From Ostrea edulis (taxonomy: Eukaryota): DNA of 64,000 bases. This document shows positions 37,632 to 50,630 of the stretch, piece by piece (the first letter of the stretch is position 1; each line of letters opens with the position of its first letter). The stretch lies in assembly GCF_947568905.1 (NCBI RefSeq), contig NC_079173.1:24428001-24492000 (forward strand), read 5' to 3'. Position numbers and translations under genes: made by a program. The notes under the pieces were generated by a model. It saw nothing but the letters and a program-made list of their open reading frames with translations. It was not told the origin of the DNA and made no database searches.

Positions 37632-40600
37632 GGTCCCTTGTCTTTAATAGACCTATATAAATAAAGAAAGAATTGTTATTCAATACTTGTTACATAATTA
37701 AAATTATGTTGGTCTTAAATAAAATTTGTTTAGTGTGTACACGTATGTACATACATGTATCATACTATACTCCGCACTGTGGTAAATGGTAATGGATTCC
37801 CTGAATCCATACTGGAGTTGCAATGTGTTTCATTAAATAAACACTCGTACGAGTTTGTCTAGCTAGTCCACCACCATTATGTTCTTAACATTGATAGAGG
37901 GTTTCAGGTTACAATGACGATACAGTTAGAAAAGGATAAAAGATTTCAAAAGATCACACTTAATGTACATGCACATGCAGTAATTAGGATAAAGATCAGA
38001 ATAATAAAATCGATATAGCGCCTTACATGTATATAAAACAAATTACTCTAAGGTGCTTTACAAGGGTAAGAAGAGGAATGCACCGATAAAACAAAGAATT
38101 GAGCAGCACTTTTGAGCTGTTCATGGTCAATATGAACGGATTTGGATTTTAGGCGAAGTCTGTGAATCGAGCTAGCTAGGAAAATGCGATCTGTAATATA
38201 AATATAATTAAGGTAACTCCATACTCGCAGTTTTATCTGATACAAGTTTGAAAAATGTATTTATTTCCATTCATTAGAGTTAAAACTAACAAATTATCAA
38301 ATAAAATACATATGGCATAACACTTTTTAAGATACGAGACGTACATAAACAGAATCATATATCACCGTCAGAAAATTGCAATTTTCCTTAAACAGCGTTA
38401 TCAAAATTTCATACAAACTGGTTATGACGATATAGTAGCATTCATAACAATTTCATGAAACTGTATCTTCCCAAAAATATATAAAATGTCTGTAAAAATA
38501 AAGGAAATCTATCGCATAATAGACTTGATAAAGAAATCAATAGAAACAGAGTTATTGCCCTTGGATTCAATAATTTAAAACGTATCATTGATTATTCATT
38601 TATAACTAAGACTTTTAAAATAATTTATTTTTAACAAGATTTTTTACAATAACTATCGGAAAAGACTCCAACAAAATTCATGTTCCTATCACGCATAAAT
38701 GTAAATAAATCATTGATTTTGCAAAATCTGATGACATCACAGGAGGGTGGAATTACTTTAAATGAAATTAAATGAGATTTGACATTTGACATCCGATTGT
38801 ATTCGATAGGTAAAAGGTGGGGTGTTTTGGTGGGGTTTTTTTGTGTTTGATAATTAAAAACAACCAGTTTATACTTGTTAGAATCTAAATAGGTAGTTGA
38901 TAAAAAATAAGTTTTAAGACTTTCATACCTGAAAGTCATGAAGAAAAAACAGCAACACACAATGTGGAGAATTTTTACTTGACGTTCATGATTTTGACAT
39001 TTATAACTATTCCCTGACACCCATTAACATTGAGGGTGCATCCACGTACACAAGTGAGTTCAATAAGTAAATGTCAGCGCGGATTAATACAGCCAGGAAT
39101 AGAAGGGACCATCAAACTCTGCATACACTGTGATGTCGTAGGCTTAGTAGTAAGAAAACATAGTTAGAAATTTAGTGTAAACATATCAGTAAATTGAGTA
39201 ATAAGCAATTTGTATTGAATTTTAAAATGAAGACAAAATTAAGAAATAATCTGTCGTTAAAGATTAAAAATTTTCTCGATAGGGAGTAATGAATAAGATA
39301 CGTAAATTCTATAATCTGAAAGTCAATGTTTGAAATAACCGTGCGCCCGACCGTCCGAGACGCATACATTTGCTACGGGCGACCACATTTCTTGGTATAT
39401 ACGCCCGCGACCGGACGTGTGAAAATTTCCGTGAAAAATTTAAAAGAATTAAATTTATTATCGTACCGATAACAAACTGAGGGACAGACCTCGTCTTTTT
39501 TGAAAAAAAAATTATGATCAGGGTCGAAGTTATGGGAGCTGAGCACTAATCACACAATCGCTTTCAGGACGACGGATTTCGTGGTTCTGTGCATAAGCCG
39601 TATAAATCGTAGTACGTATGCACTACGAAATAAAAGAATGGAATATTACACGATGATTTAATACTTATATATATGATAAAGTTTTTTTCCGAAATCCATT
39701 TGATTATTTGGTGTAAAGGAAACATATCAAACCTAATGTAAAATAACTTATCGTTTTCTTGTTTGATATCACATTTTCCTTTAAAATTGGTCAAAATTCA
39801 CCCTTTAGCATGCTCCCCCGAAACATTTAGGCTGCCGACCTATATTTTTTTCTTATAAGTTTTAACATTAATATCTTCTTGCTATCAGCCTCTATTTCGA
39901 TTTGGATTAAAAGCCTATTGTTGGTTTTTTAAGTTTAAGTTAATTTTTTTTAAATTGCAAAGAGGGATTTTCAATTTTTTCTCTCTTTGAAATTACGAAG
40001 TTTTCCCAGCCTACTTCCGAAACACCCCCTCACAAATCAAAGTTGATTATCATATGTCTTTCTTCATGATTTTAAATCCATTAATGCATATTTTACCATA
40101 TATCAAAATTTGAATAAAATCTATATAGTACAAACGAATTAGGTCCGTAAGTAGATAGAAATAAAAGTGATTTTTAAAAAAGCAGTTGTTTTCTCGGGGC
40201 TGGTAGGTCTGTTAACCTTTACAAGTGGTCAACCCTGTATGTTTAGCTAATTTTACAGCGCGTTTCAAACACTGTGAAAGACTATAGTAGTGTCCTCACA
40301 CCCCCATGTACGTAAATGAGAGCTGGATGTGTTCTCCGCCTGTGAATTTACACAGACTAAACTGGTTTAAATTATTTTGTCCAATATAGCGTAATTTGAT
40401 GAGATCCAAGCTCTGCAACATACATACTTTTCCTCCAGTGTAACATTCTTAACATTAATAAACACACACAAAAATAATCACGTGTCCATTTGAAATGAAA
40501 ATGATTATCCCACATGTTTTCCTTCACAACGAAAATTTAAACATTTGAATTACAGCTTTATGATACGAGTGTTAGCATATGTAACATGTTTTTCAAATAT

Positions 40601-42541
40601 TTTTAACCAATAACAATGTTTCTCTGTTTGTAAGAATCCGAAAATTGCTTCCTTTTATCGAGACCTCACACCGGGACCCTTGTACGACAGAGCGGCAATG
40701 TGTTGGATTTATGTACATGTGCTAATGGGGAGACGCTGCTAATAAAATTGTCTAAAGTTACGAAACGCAACTTATTTGTCTTTTTAATTCAACTGAACCA
40801 GTAGAAACTTCATTGCTCGAAAACAAAATTGCAACACATCTTTTAATCTGTCTTGGTATTGTATGCAATATTTCTATAAAAATACAATTTTATTCGTTCT
40901 TAGATTTAACTAACAGATATGTTATTTATACGTTTAACGGATGCGGCGATATGTGTTACCTTATAGAATTAAATAATTCACATGCAGGTGCCCGTAGATT
41001 ACAACCAAAACACAATATATGTAACGTACTATTATTAAGATCGTTTTGAAGTACTTTCACATACAGATACCAAACAATAAACAGTACCTACCTTACACAA
41101 AACGGAACCACACGATTGCATTTTTCAGACAATTGTGAACCTAGTTAGCATGGAGACCTCTGGATGTAGAAAAGGGGGTAGATCTGCACTTAATTCATCT
41201 CTGTACGGACAGTCTAGTCAGAACAACTCCATATCCAGATACACTCGGAAGACTGACACTTATTTCAAACTGTGGTCAATTTGAATTCCTCTGTCTAGCG
41301 AGTAGGTAGTTTGCTTAATGAGGAAGGATGGAGCAAATTAATTAACAGTTAATTAATGGTAAGGATAGCGGAGACTCGGTGTCCTCTGATACAGATTTGT
41401 TGGTGATCGACAAACGTGTTAACATGCACCGCGGCGTAACCTGACAAATGTACTTGCACCACAAGAATTACCTGGAGATGAAATTTTCTGAAATTAAATT
41501 CTTGTTCGGAAATATTTTTGAAAGTCGTAATTAATAGCACCGGGTCATCGTGTACAGGAAAATAACAGCAGATTGCACGTGCACACCCTCTTTTTGTCTT
41601 TCGCTTCAAGAGTACATATATATGTTTAATGTCAATTGACAAGCTGGGATAGGTTTCACTAGCAGAACACAATGAATCAGGAAGAATTTACCTTTCATTC
41701 TTAATACTCTCCATGCACCTTGTACTCGGAAGGTTCCGAACCGGTTTCCTTCGGGGCTAGATCTAGTTGTAATTTATTTCCCAGATCTTTGCCTTGTCGT
41801 TTTTACAAGGATTACGATTGAACTTTTAAGTGCAGATTTATTGAGATTAATTGAACTCCTCTTTTAGTCTTATACATCGACGCAAATTGCCAGAGAGACA
41901 AATGTAAAACAAAAGAAACAAAGCGACGAATGGATTCTAAGCTGTTAAGTAATATTTGACGAATACTTTGATAAATAAACATATTTCTCCCGTATTCAAT
42001 CTTACATGAACCGTTTGATATTGCTGAATAAATACAGTACCACGGGTTTTGTGTAGTTTAAGATTAAGCAATGTAGATAAAACGAATAAATTTCAGGGTT
42101 CAATATTTAGCTCTTCATTCATAAAAATTGTAAATTCGGTCATGACAAATGGTAGTGTACTTTTGTAGTATACTGAAGCCTCTAAAATGATGAACCTGGT
42201 GTCTTATTTCTTCTTCCAGGTATCAACACCATAAGAATCTATGCACGTGATTTGATTAACTAAAAATTAATCAAATCAATGTTAATTACTTTAAATACAT
42301 GTATGTGTTTAATTCAGAGATCAATGTGTGAATTAAGAAGTTTAAATTAAAGAGTGGTAAATCCCTAAAGATTATTAATACTCCCGATGCGTTTATCGGT
42401 TATTATGGTACATTGTGCTTAGACCCATATATTTATACGACATTGATTACTCTCAATAAGCTGAACTAAACTTGTTTTTCTTAGTTTTTTGTTTTTGAAC
42501 GAATCTCACATATTGTGACCATGTTAATTACATGTCTTTTA

Positions 42542-42865
42542 ACCAGTATCACTTGTAGGTGAAGGTTCAGTTTAAACATCAGTATCACTTGTACGTGGAG
42601 GCTCAGTTAAAACACCAGTATCACTTGTACGTGGAGGCTCAGTTAAAACGCCAGTATCACTTGTACGTGGAGGTTCAGTTTAAACGCCAGTAGTACTTGT
42701 ACGTGGAGATTCAGTTTAAACACCAGTAGTACTTGCACGTGGAGGTTCAGTTTAAACACCAGTAGTACTTGTACGTGGAGGTTCAGTTTAAACACCAGTA
42801 GTACTTGTACGTGTAGATTCAGTTTAAACACCAGTAGTACTTGTACGTGCAGATTCAGTTTAAAC
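42542..42865. repeat. 36-bp tandem repeat x9
   Basis: accagtagtacttgtacgtggaggttcagtttaaac. Confidence 0.95.
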
Positions 42866-43357
42866 GTTGACATGGCTAGAAGCGGTTTTTAAAAAACTTC
42901 TTGACTGTTGATGCCACATTTCTGTATTGTTGCAAGTTGATGAAAAGGGTAAAAATAGTCCCGTATGGCGTGTCGGACTAAGTGCAGCGATTGCATATTT
43001 ATTGGTAGGTCTGGTGAGTCAGTCTTGGGACTCGGAGAAGAGGGTGGGGGTAAAAATGGCAATCTACATTGTATATACTTTCTGTTCCCAGGAGATGAGA
43101 CATAGCACTACGCTTTATTGTGAACAAAGGCTATTACGCACTGAAAGTACGGTATACTGGTTGTGAACAGATTCTGAGAATGGGATGACGCTCTTTGCTT
43201 TTTTCGTTTTGTTGTTGTTGTTTCGGTTATCAGCAGTAAGTTGCTATCATTTCCTACAGTATTTCTCCATTAAATAATCAAGACAAGACAATATTTTGTA
43301 ATTTGTTTGCCAGTATACATAAACTACACCGAGTGATCTGTAAACAATGTCATGACA

Positions 43358-44385
43358 TAATCTGTAACCTGTCTGTAATCTGTGTGTAACCTGTCTGTCA
43401 TCTGTTTGTAACCTGTCTATAACCTGTCTGTAATATGTCTATAACCTGTCTGTCATCTGTGTGTAACCTGTCTGTAATCTGTGTGTAACCTGTCTGTAAT
43501 CTGCCTGTAACCTGTCTGTAATCTGTCTGTAACCTGTCTGTAATCTGTCTGTAACCTGTCTGTAATCTGTCTGTAATCTGTCTCTAATCTATCTGTAACC
43601 AGTCTGTAATCTATCTGTAACATGTCTGTAATCTGTCTATAAGCTGTCTGTAACATGTCTGTAATCTATATGTAACCTGTCTGTAATATATTTGTAACCT
43701 GTCTGTAATCTATCTGTAACCTGTCTGTAATCTATCTGTAACCTGTCTGTAATCTATCTGTAACCTGTCTGTAATCTATCTGTAACCTGTCTGTAATATA
43801 TCTGTAATCTGTGTGTAACCTGTCTGTAATCTATCTGTACTCTGTCTGTAATATATCTGTACTCTGTCTGTAACCTGTCTGTAATCTGTCTGTAACCTGT
43901 CTGTAATCTGTCTGTAACCTGTCTATAACCTGTCTGTCATATGTGTGTAACCTGTCTGTCATCTGTGTGTAACCTGTCTGTAATATGTGTGTAACCTGTC
44001 TGTCATCTGTGTGTAACCTGTGTGTAATCTGTATGTAATCTGTCTGTAATCTGTGTGTAACCTGTCTGTCATCTGTGTGTAACCTGTCTGTAATCTGTGT
44101 GTAATCTATCTGTAATCTGTTTGTAATCTATCTGTAATCTGTTTGTAACCTGTCTGTAATCTATGTGTAACCTGTCTGTAATCTATATGTAACCTGTCTG
44201 TAATATATCTGTACTCTGCCTGTAACCTGTCTGTAATATGTGTGTAACCTGTCTGTAATCTGTGTGTAACCTGTCTGTCATATGTGTGTAACCTGTGTGT
44301 AATCTGTCTGTAACCTGTCTGTAATCTGTGTATAACCTGTCTGTAACATATCTGCAATCTATCTGTAACCTGTCTGTAATATGTC
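43358..44385. repeat. 11-bp/22-bp minisatellite (tgtaacctgtc/tgtaatctgtc)
   Basis: Seen directly. Confidence 0.95.
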
Positions 44386-46389
44386 GGGGATCTGTCTATC
44401 TTATTAAAGAGGAATAATTAAAATATGAAATAAAATAACATTTCTTTAACAAGGAAGTACAATTCGACCTTTTCTAACTTCGATATCCGTGCCCCAGAGC
44501 CCAGAGAGACAAAATGGCATAATTCTGATTCAATCTGCATCCAGTGTCAATTACTGGGGTATAAATCATACAGAATATAACGATGAAGGTCAAGTATAAT
44601 CAAAACAATTACAGAATATTATCACTAACGACTCCCGGCTTTGTATACAGGCTATTAGTTTTGACTGCATAACATGAATCCGGGTACACGCAGTATAAAA
44701 CTATAAACTAAACATATCATAATCTATTGCTGGGAACTCGTTCTGTGCAAGCATTTCGATATTGAAAAATAAATATTTCATTAATGCCTAAATTGCAGAC
44801 TTCTCAGATTCATCCGTGGCCTTCGGACGCCCGGAAAAATGATACGCGCACTTAAAAACCCCCAACTCTATTTTTTCCACTAGGTTTTACTGACATGCAA
44901 CCTTTAACAAATATCACTCTGTAATCAATCAGACTCTCAGCTGATAGAACTAATCTGAGAGAACATGAGCGTTAGAAATAACGACCTGGGAAGTGTGTCG
45001 TAAGGACAAATAAAAGAGCTGTAGGAAATGTTAATTTTTGTAAACTCAGCATTTTAGGAGTTCTGAAAATCACCATTTGGAAGGAATGACAAAATCAACA
45101 TTTGGCGTGCGGCGGATGGTTTTCCTTTGCACCAGAATCAACTAGACAATGACGTCAGCAGAATAACTATGAGATTAATCCAATATGTGTTTCGTCAGCA
45201 AGCATTCATTTTAAGTTTCTATTGATAAAACATGCATCTTAATACTGTTGAATTTGAGAAAACTACCCGATGTCAAATTTAAGAAACAAATATTTAATAA
45301 CCATTCGTATGACGTAGGGCTTGTCCAATTATAAGTCCTGTAGTATTATTCTGTGGGTCATGTAGGGATTAATAAAGAATTATCGTTATTGATCTCCGGG
45401 GTTTTGATTTAACAGAGGCGGAACAAGACATACCGGCGTTCATTGCCTTCCATATACACTTCAGGTACAAGCTGCACTCGAGAGAAATTAAGGGATTTAA
45501 TGTGTCAACATCAGACAGCCTGTGACATAATAAAAATGACCCCACACTGCTTTCGATTCATATAATGACACTTTGAATTAATGCATTCTGTAAATTATAC
45601 TAGACCAAAATACTTTCCTTTGCAATTTTTTCTTAAGTTTCTTTTTAAAATGAAGCCCTATGTCCTTAAGAAAGTTCCTATTTTGGTAATTAATCATAGT
45701 GTTGAAAGGTCGCAAATGCTTGCTGTTAATCAATGGAGGCCGTGCTATGAATTGGTATCGTTATTTTATTGGTAATTGATTGTACTGATGCACAGCGGTC
45801 TATTTCAGAGATAGCTAGTCGGTGCAACTCGTCTTCTTTGCAAGATGGTTTTGAAATTATAATGATACACATGTATATTGCATTACATGATACATGTATA
45901 TACAATATCGAATATCTGCACACAGAGTTAGAATTGTATCCGGCCGATACTTGGGTCTGTCCCGGACTTCGAGGATCTGCATGAATTGCACACTTAATTA
46001 ATAAGATTTAACATGGAGAAAATAGTAAAAACAAAATAGTTTTAGGATTCATTGACAATTTTCGTTGTCATGGCAACCATTACAGCATCATTATAAACTT
46101 AAAGATTTTTCTTTTCAGGATAGATAGGTTACATTATGAAACTGTGACTAGAAAATGCTTCGATTTCAAATTGAAATATTTACATCAGCTTTGAAGGGAA
46201 ACCCGACGATTTCTGGACGTTAAAGGGTTAAAGAAATTTTCTGCTCAATTGTCCAAGGAATGTAAGCATCAGAAAATTGTTATTTTTGAAAATACAGAGC
46301 ACTTGTCGACTATTCAATAATTTGACCTTGTCCAATAAACTTGTTTGGCTTGTGAATAGTGAAGACTTCGATTCTCTTTATTTATCAAT

Positions 46390-46595
46390 CAGACCCACTT
46401 ACTCCTTGACCAACCTGATATCCACTCACCTCTTTATCAACCCGAGACCCACTTACTCCTTGACCAACCTGAGATTCACTCACTTCTTTATCAACTCGAG
46501 ACCCACTTTCTCCTATATAAAGCCGAGACCCACTCACTACTTTATCAACCCGAGACCCACTCACTTCTTTATCAATCAGACACCCACTCACACTT
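46390..46595. repeat. ~27-30-bp degenerate tandem repeat (gacccactcacttctttatcaacccga)
   Basis: Seen directly. Confidence 0.85.
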
Positions 46596-47251
46596 CACAT
46601 ACACCCCAGAACCCACTTATCTAATACATGATATACGGTGTGAAACGTAGAATGGTTGTATCATTACAAGTTTGGTAATGATATAAAACAAATGAACTGA
46701 ACAAAGAAATACCATTTTCAGGTATCTAGTTATCTATTTGTTTCAAACATGAACTCACGCCCCCAATGAAGACATAAAAAGTTTCGATATCCTGTTATGA
46801 GATTAATCCCTGTTCGTTATCTTCACCTTTTCGTGTGATTGAATTCGAACTAACTAGTATCTGTGAATAAATGAATTTTAGGCGGAGCTTCCACAGGGAG
46901 CGTATGACAGATCCGTAATGATCAGTTATGACCACGCGTGATGTGTCTGTTGAGACGCCTCTCGTACAACACGTGCAAAAACCTAAATTTATTACTAAAT
47001 ACTTACAAATTGTAATGATATCCATTTTCTCATGAATGCTATGCAGTTGTGAACAGAAATCGTGATAAGTATAGTACATCTGTACGTCTATTTAAACGTC
47101 TAGACATTCCGACAGGAATAAAAGTAAAGCATCTATTAAAAAAAATTGAATTTCGTTTTGGAAAATACATGCGGGCATGAACTGCGATGCTTCATCCCGT
47201 CATACTTCATAAAGCGCGTCATCGCCTCATGAAAAGCATACTGGTATATGA

Positions 47252-47499
47252 TTTGATTTGATTTGATTTGATGTTTTCCGCCACACTCAACAATTTTTCA
47301 GTTATATGGTGGCGCCCAGTTTTTGTTGGTGGAAGAGAGAACCCAGATACAATGCACCTGGGAAGAGACCACCGACCTTCCGAAAGTAAACTGGGAAACT
47401 TTCTCACTTACTGGCGCGAGCAGAATTCGAACCCGCGCCGACAGAGGTGAGAGGTCGTGTGATTTTGAGTGCGATGCTCTAACCACTCGACCACGGAGG
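47252..47499 (-). mobile_element. Full-length tRNA-headed (V-type-like) SINE with 11-bp TSD
   Basis: TSD ctggtatatga at 47241-47251 and 47500-47510; A-box gtggtcgagtggttagagc; B-box ggttcgaattc; (atcaa)n tail. Confidence 0.85.
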
Positions 47500-47801
47500 C
47501 TGGTATATGAAGCGTTGCAGTTCATACCTTGTTGTATTTTCAAAAATGAAATTTCTTTCTTTAAAATACAATAGGAGATGGTAACACATACTATATATTG
47601 GGGATGTTTTGTCCAGAAGCAGAGAAGAAAATTATTTCGTCTCCTTTCGTTCAAAAATGTGTCTCATTTGCCCATTTAGGTTGAAGGCAGAATAGTCGGG
47701 AAACGGGACGAAAATATTCGGTATAAAATGTACAGTAATTCCGTGTGATTGAGATATTTCAAACAAACATTGTTTTAAGTTACGCGAGCGATAATTAGGA
47801 G

Positions 47802-47998
47802 ATACAGTGTACAGGGAAATATTCGCCCCCGTTTTATTTTCGTCGCTTTCGCCCGTGTTGTCAGTGGGCGGATTTAAGACTGGGCAAAACTGTTCTCTCC
47901 ATTATATCTCTTTTAACGCAACTGTGTGTGGGAGAATTTAAAACGGGGTGAAATCGACAGAAAGTGTAGAAGGGCGAAAATAACCCTGGATACAGTAT
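47802..47998. mobile_element. Small TIR MITE
   Basis: tacagtgtacagggaaatattcgccc ... gggcgaaaataaccctggatacagta. Confidence 0.65.
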
Positions 47999-48064
47999 AG
48001 TATGTCCGTGCGCCTCAGTTATCGATCTTTAGATTTTGAACATTTCCAACCACTTTGAATACAT

Positions 48065-48245
48065 GGGAATGAATAGGTCCTCAGTACCCCCTTACTTGTC
48101 GTAAGAGGTGACGAAGTGGGGCGGTCCTTCGGATGAGACCGCAAAAGCCGAGGTCCCGTGTCACAGCAGGTGTGACGGGATAAAGATCCCTCCCTGCGCA
48201 AAGACCGTAAGCTTCGAGTGTAGGCCTAAATTTCGCAACCCTTCA

Positions 48246-48287
<42 letters not shown>

Positions 48288-48316
48288 CGGGACATTAAAC
48301 AATATTCAATCAATCA
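48065..48316 (+). mobile_element. Deu-type SINE
   Basis: Colinear with the other copies. Confidence 0.8.
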
Positions 48317-48649
48317 GTGTCAAATCCCACCCTATACTCAACAACCATCTCTATGAAATCTAATTTTAGTACGGTATTTCCGGCATTATGTCATATGACC
48401 ACTTTAAATCTTTGATAATTCATTCGTTGACGCACATTCCATATTTTCGTGAAGCACCTCTAAAACCTTACGTGATAAGGATAGTAGGAATTACAGTGTT
48501 TGTCAAAAGATTATATACACTATGCCAGCAGCTGATCATTTTATCCTGTTGTAAATGACATCGGATCCTCTCGGGACGATTTGACACTGAAGACTAAGAT
48601 AAGGTTTAGTCGTGTGACATAGCCTTTAAACGTCCATGCGTTCCGGCGT

Positions 48650-49165
48650 GGTCGCCCCATGGGTAGAAGAGGTTACAGTATGGCCACTCCAAGGATAGCT
48701 GAGGTTAGCGTAAGGTCATTTAAAGGGTTGACGATGTTACGATATGGACACTTAAGAGGTAGACGAGGTCACAATTTGGTCATCTCAAGGCTTGATGACG
48801 TCATAGTACGATTACGATCACTCCGTGAGTACATGAGGAGATCATATGTTCCATAAAGGGGAAGATGATGTCACAATATGGTCACTCCAGGAATAAACAA
48901 GATCATGGTATGGTCATCGCAAGGGTAGATGAGGTCACAGTCTGGTCATCCAGGAGTTGAAGGTTACAATATGGTCACTCCGACGAGGTCACAATGTGGT
49001 CATGATCTGTAGCAGTACACGGTCATAGTATGGTCACACCAAGAAGTAAATGACATCGCAATATGACCACTCCAGGAGTAAACAAGGTCACGCTATGGTC
49101 ACCACTGGGGTATATGAGGTCCCAGTATGGTCACTCCAAGATTAAATGAAGTCAGAAAGCTTTCA
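48650..49165. repeat. Old 32-bp tandem repeat (gaggtcacagtatggtcactccaggggtagat), about 16 copies
   Basis: Degenerate periodicity seen directly. Confidence 0.8.
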
Positions 49166-49204
49166 ATATTACTACTGATTACAGTGATCCTTGTATGTGT
49201 GAAA

Positions 49205-50630
49205 CACTTGTCTCTGTTTACAGCCTTGGCGCTATAGTAGAGATTTGTCTCAGTTTAACAGCGTTGGTGCTATAGTAGAGGGTTGTCTCAGTTTTACAGC
49301 CTTGATTCTGTAGTAGAGGATTGTCTCAGTTTTGCAGCCTTGTTGCCATAGTAGAGATTTGTTTCAGTTTAACAGTCTTGGTGCTATAGTATATATTTGC
49401 CTCAGTTTAACAGCCTTGGTTCTATAGTAGAGGGTTGTCTCAGTTTAACAGCTTTGGTGCTATAGTAGAGGGTTGTTCCAGTTTTACAGCCTTGTTGCTA
49501 TAGTAGAGATTTGTCTGAGTTTAACAGCGTTGGTGCTATAGTAGAGGGTTGTATCAGTTTACAGCCTTGGTTCTGTAGTAGAGGGTTGTCTCTGTTTTAC
49601 AGCCTTGGTTCTGTAGTAGAGGGTTGTCTCAGTTTAACAGCATTGATGCTATAGTGGAGGGTTGTCTCAGTTTTACAGCGTTGTGTCTGTAGTAGAGGGT
49701 TGTCTCAGTTTACAGTCTTGGTGCTATAGTATAGGGTTGTATCAGTTTACAGCCTTAGTGCTATAGTAGAGAGTTGTCTCAGTTTTACAGCATTGGTTCT
49801 GTAGTAGAGGGTTGTCTCAGTTTTACAGCCTTGGTTCTATAGTAGAGGGTTGTCTCAGTTTACAGCCTTGGTGCTATAGTAGATATCTGTTTCAGTTTAA
49901 CAGCTTTGTTGCTATAGTAGAGATTGGTTTCAGTTTAACAGTCTTAGTGCTATAGTAGAGGGTTGTCTCAGTTTTACAGCCTTGGTTCTATAGTAGAGGG
50001 TTGTACATGTATCAGTTTAACAGCCTTGGTTCTGTAGTAGAGGGTTGTCTCAGTTTACAGACTTGGTTCTGTAGTAGAAGGTTGTATCAGTTTTACAGCC
50101 TTGGTTCTATAGTAGAGGGTTGTCTCAGTTTTACAGCCTTGGTTCTATAGTAGAGGGTTGTCTCAGTTTTACAACCTTAGTTCTATAGTAGAGGGTGGTC
50201 AGTTTTACAACCTTGGTGATATAGTAGAGGGTTGTCTCAGTTTTACAGCCTTGGTTCTATAGTAGAAGGTTGTATCAGTTTTACAGCCTTGGTTCTATAG
50301 TAGAGGGTTGTCTCAGTTTTACAGCCTTGGTTCTATAGTAGAGGGTTGTCTCAGTTTTACAACCTTAGTTCTATAGTAGAGGGTGGTCAGTTTTACAACC
50401 TTGGTGATATAGTAGAGGGTTGTCTCAGTTTTACAGCCTTGGTTCTATAGTAGAGGGTTGTCTCAGTTTTACAGCCTTGGTTCTATAGTAGAGGGTTGTC
50501 TCAGTTTTACAGCCTTGGTGCTATAGTAGAGGGTTGTCTCAGTTTTACAGCCTTGGTGCTATAGTAGAGGGTTGTCTCAGTTTACAGCCTTGGTTCTATA
50601 GTAGAGGGTTGTATAATTTTATAGCCTTAG
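49205..50630. repeat. 37-38-bp minisatellite (gtctcagttttacagccttggttctatagtagagggtt), about 38 copies
   Basis: Seen directly. Confidence 0.95.

Noticed and set aside
41100-41900. Exon-like stretch and 107-aa minus-strand ORF
   Set aside because: Candidate frames hit stops and I recognise no family; could be UTR.
42643-44357. Repeat-protein ORFs (FKLNLHVQVLLV; DYRQVTDRLQT)
   Set aside because: Translations of 36-bp and 11-bp DNA tandem repeats, with no splice or codon evidence.
46277-46624. ORFs on both strands
   Set aside because: Both arise from the 27-30-bp tandem repeat.
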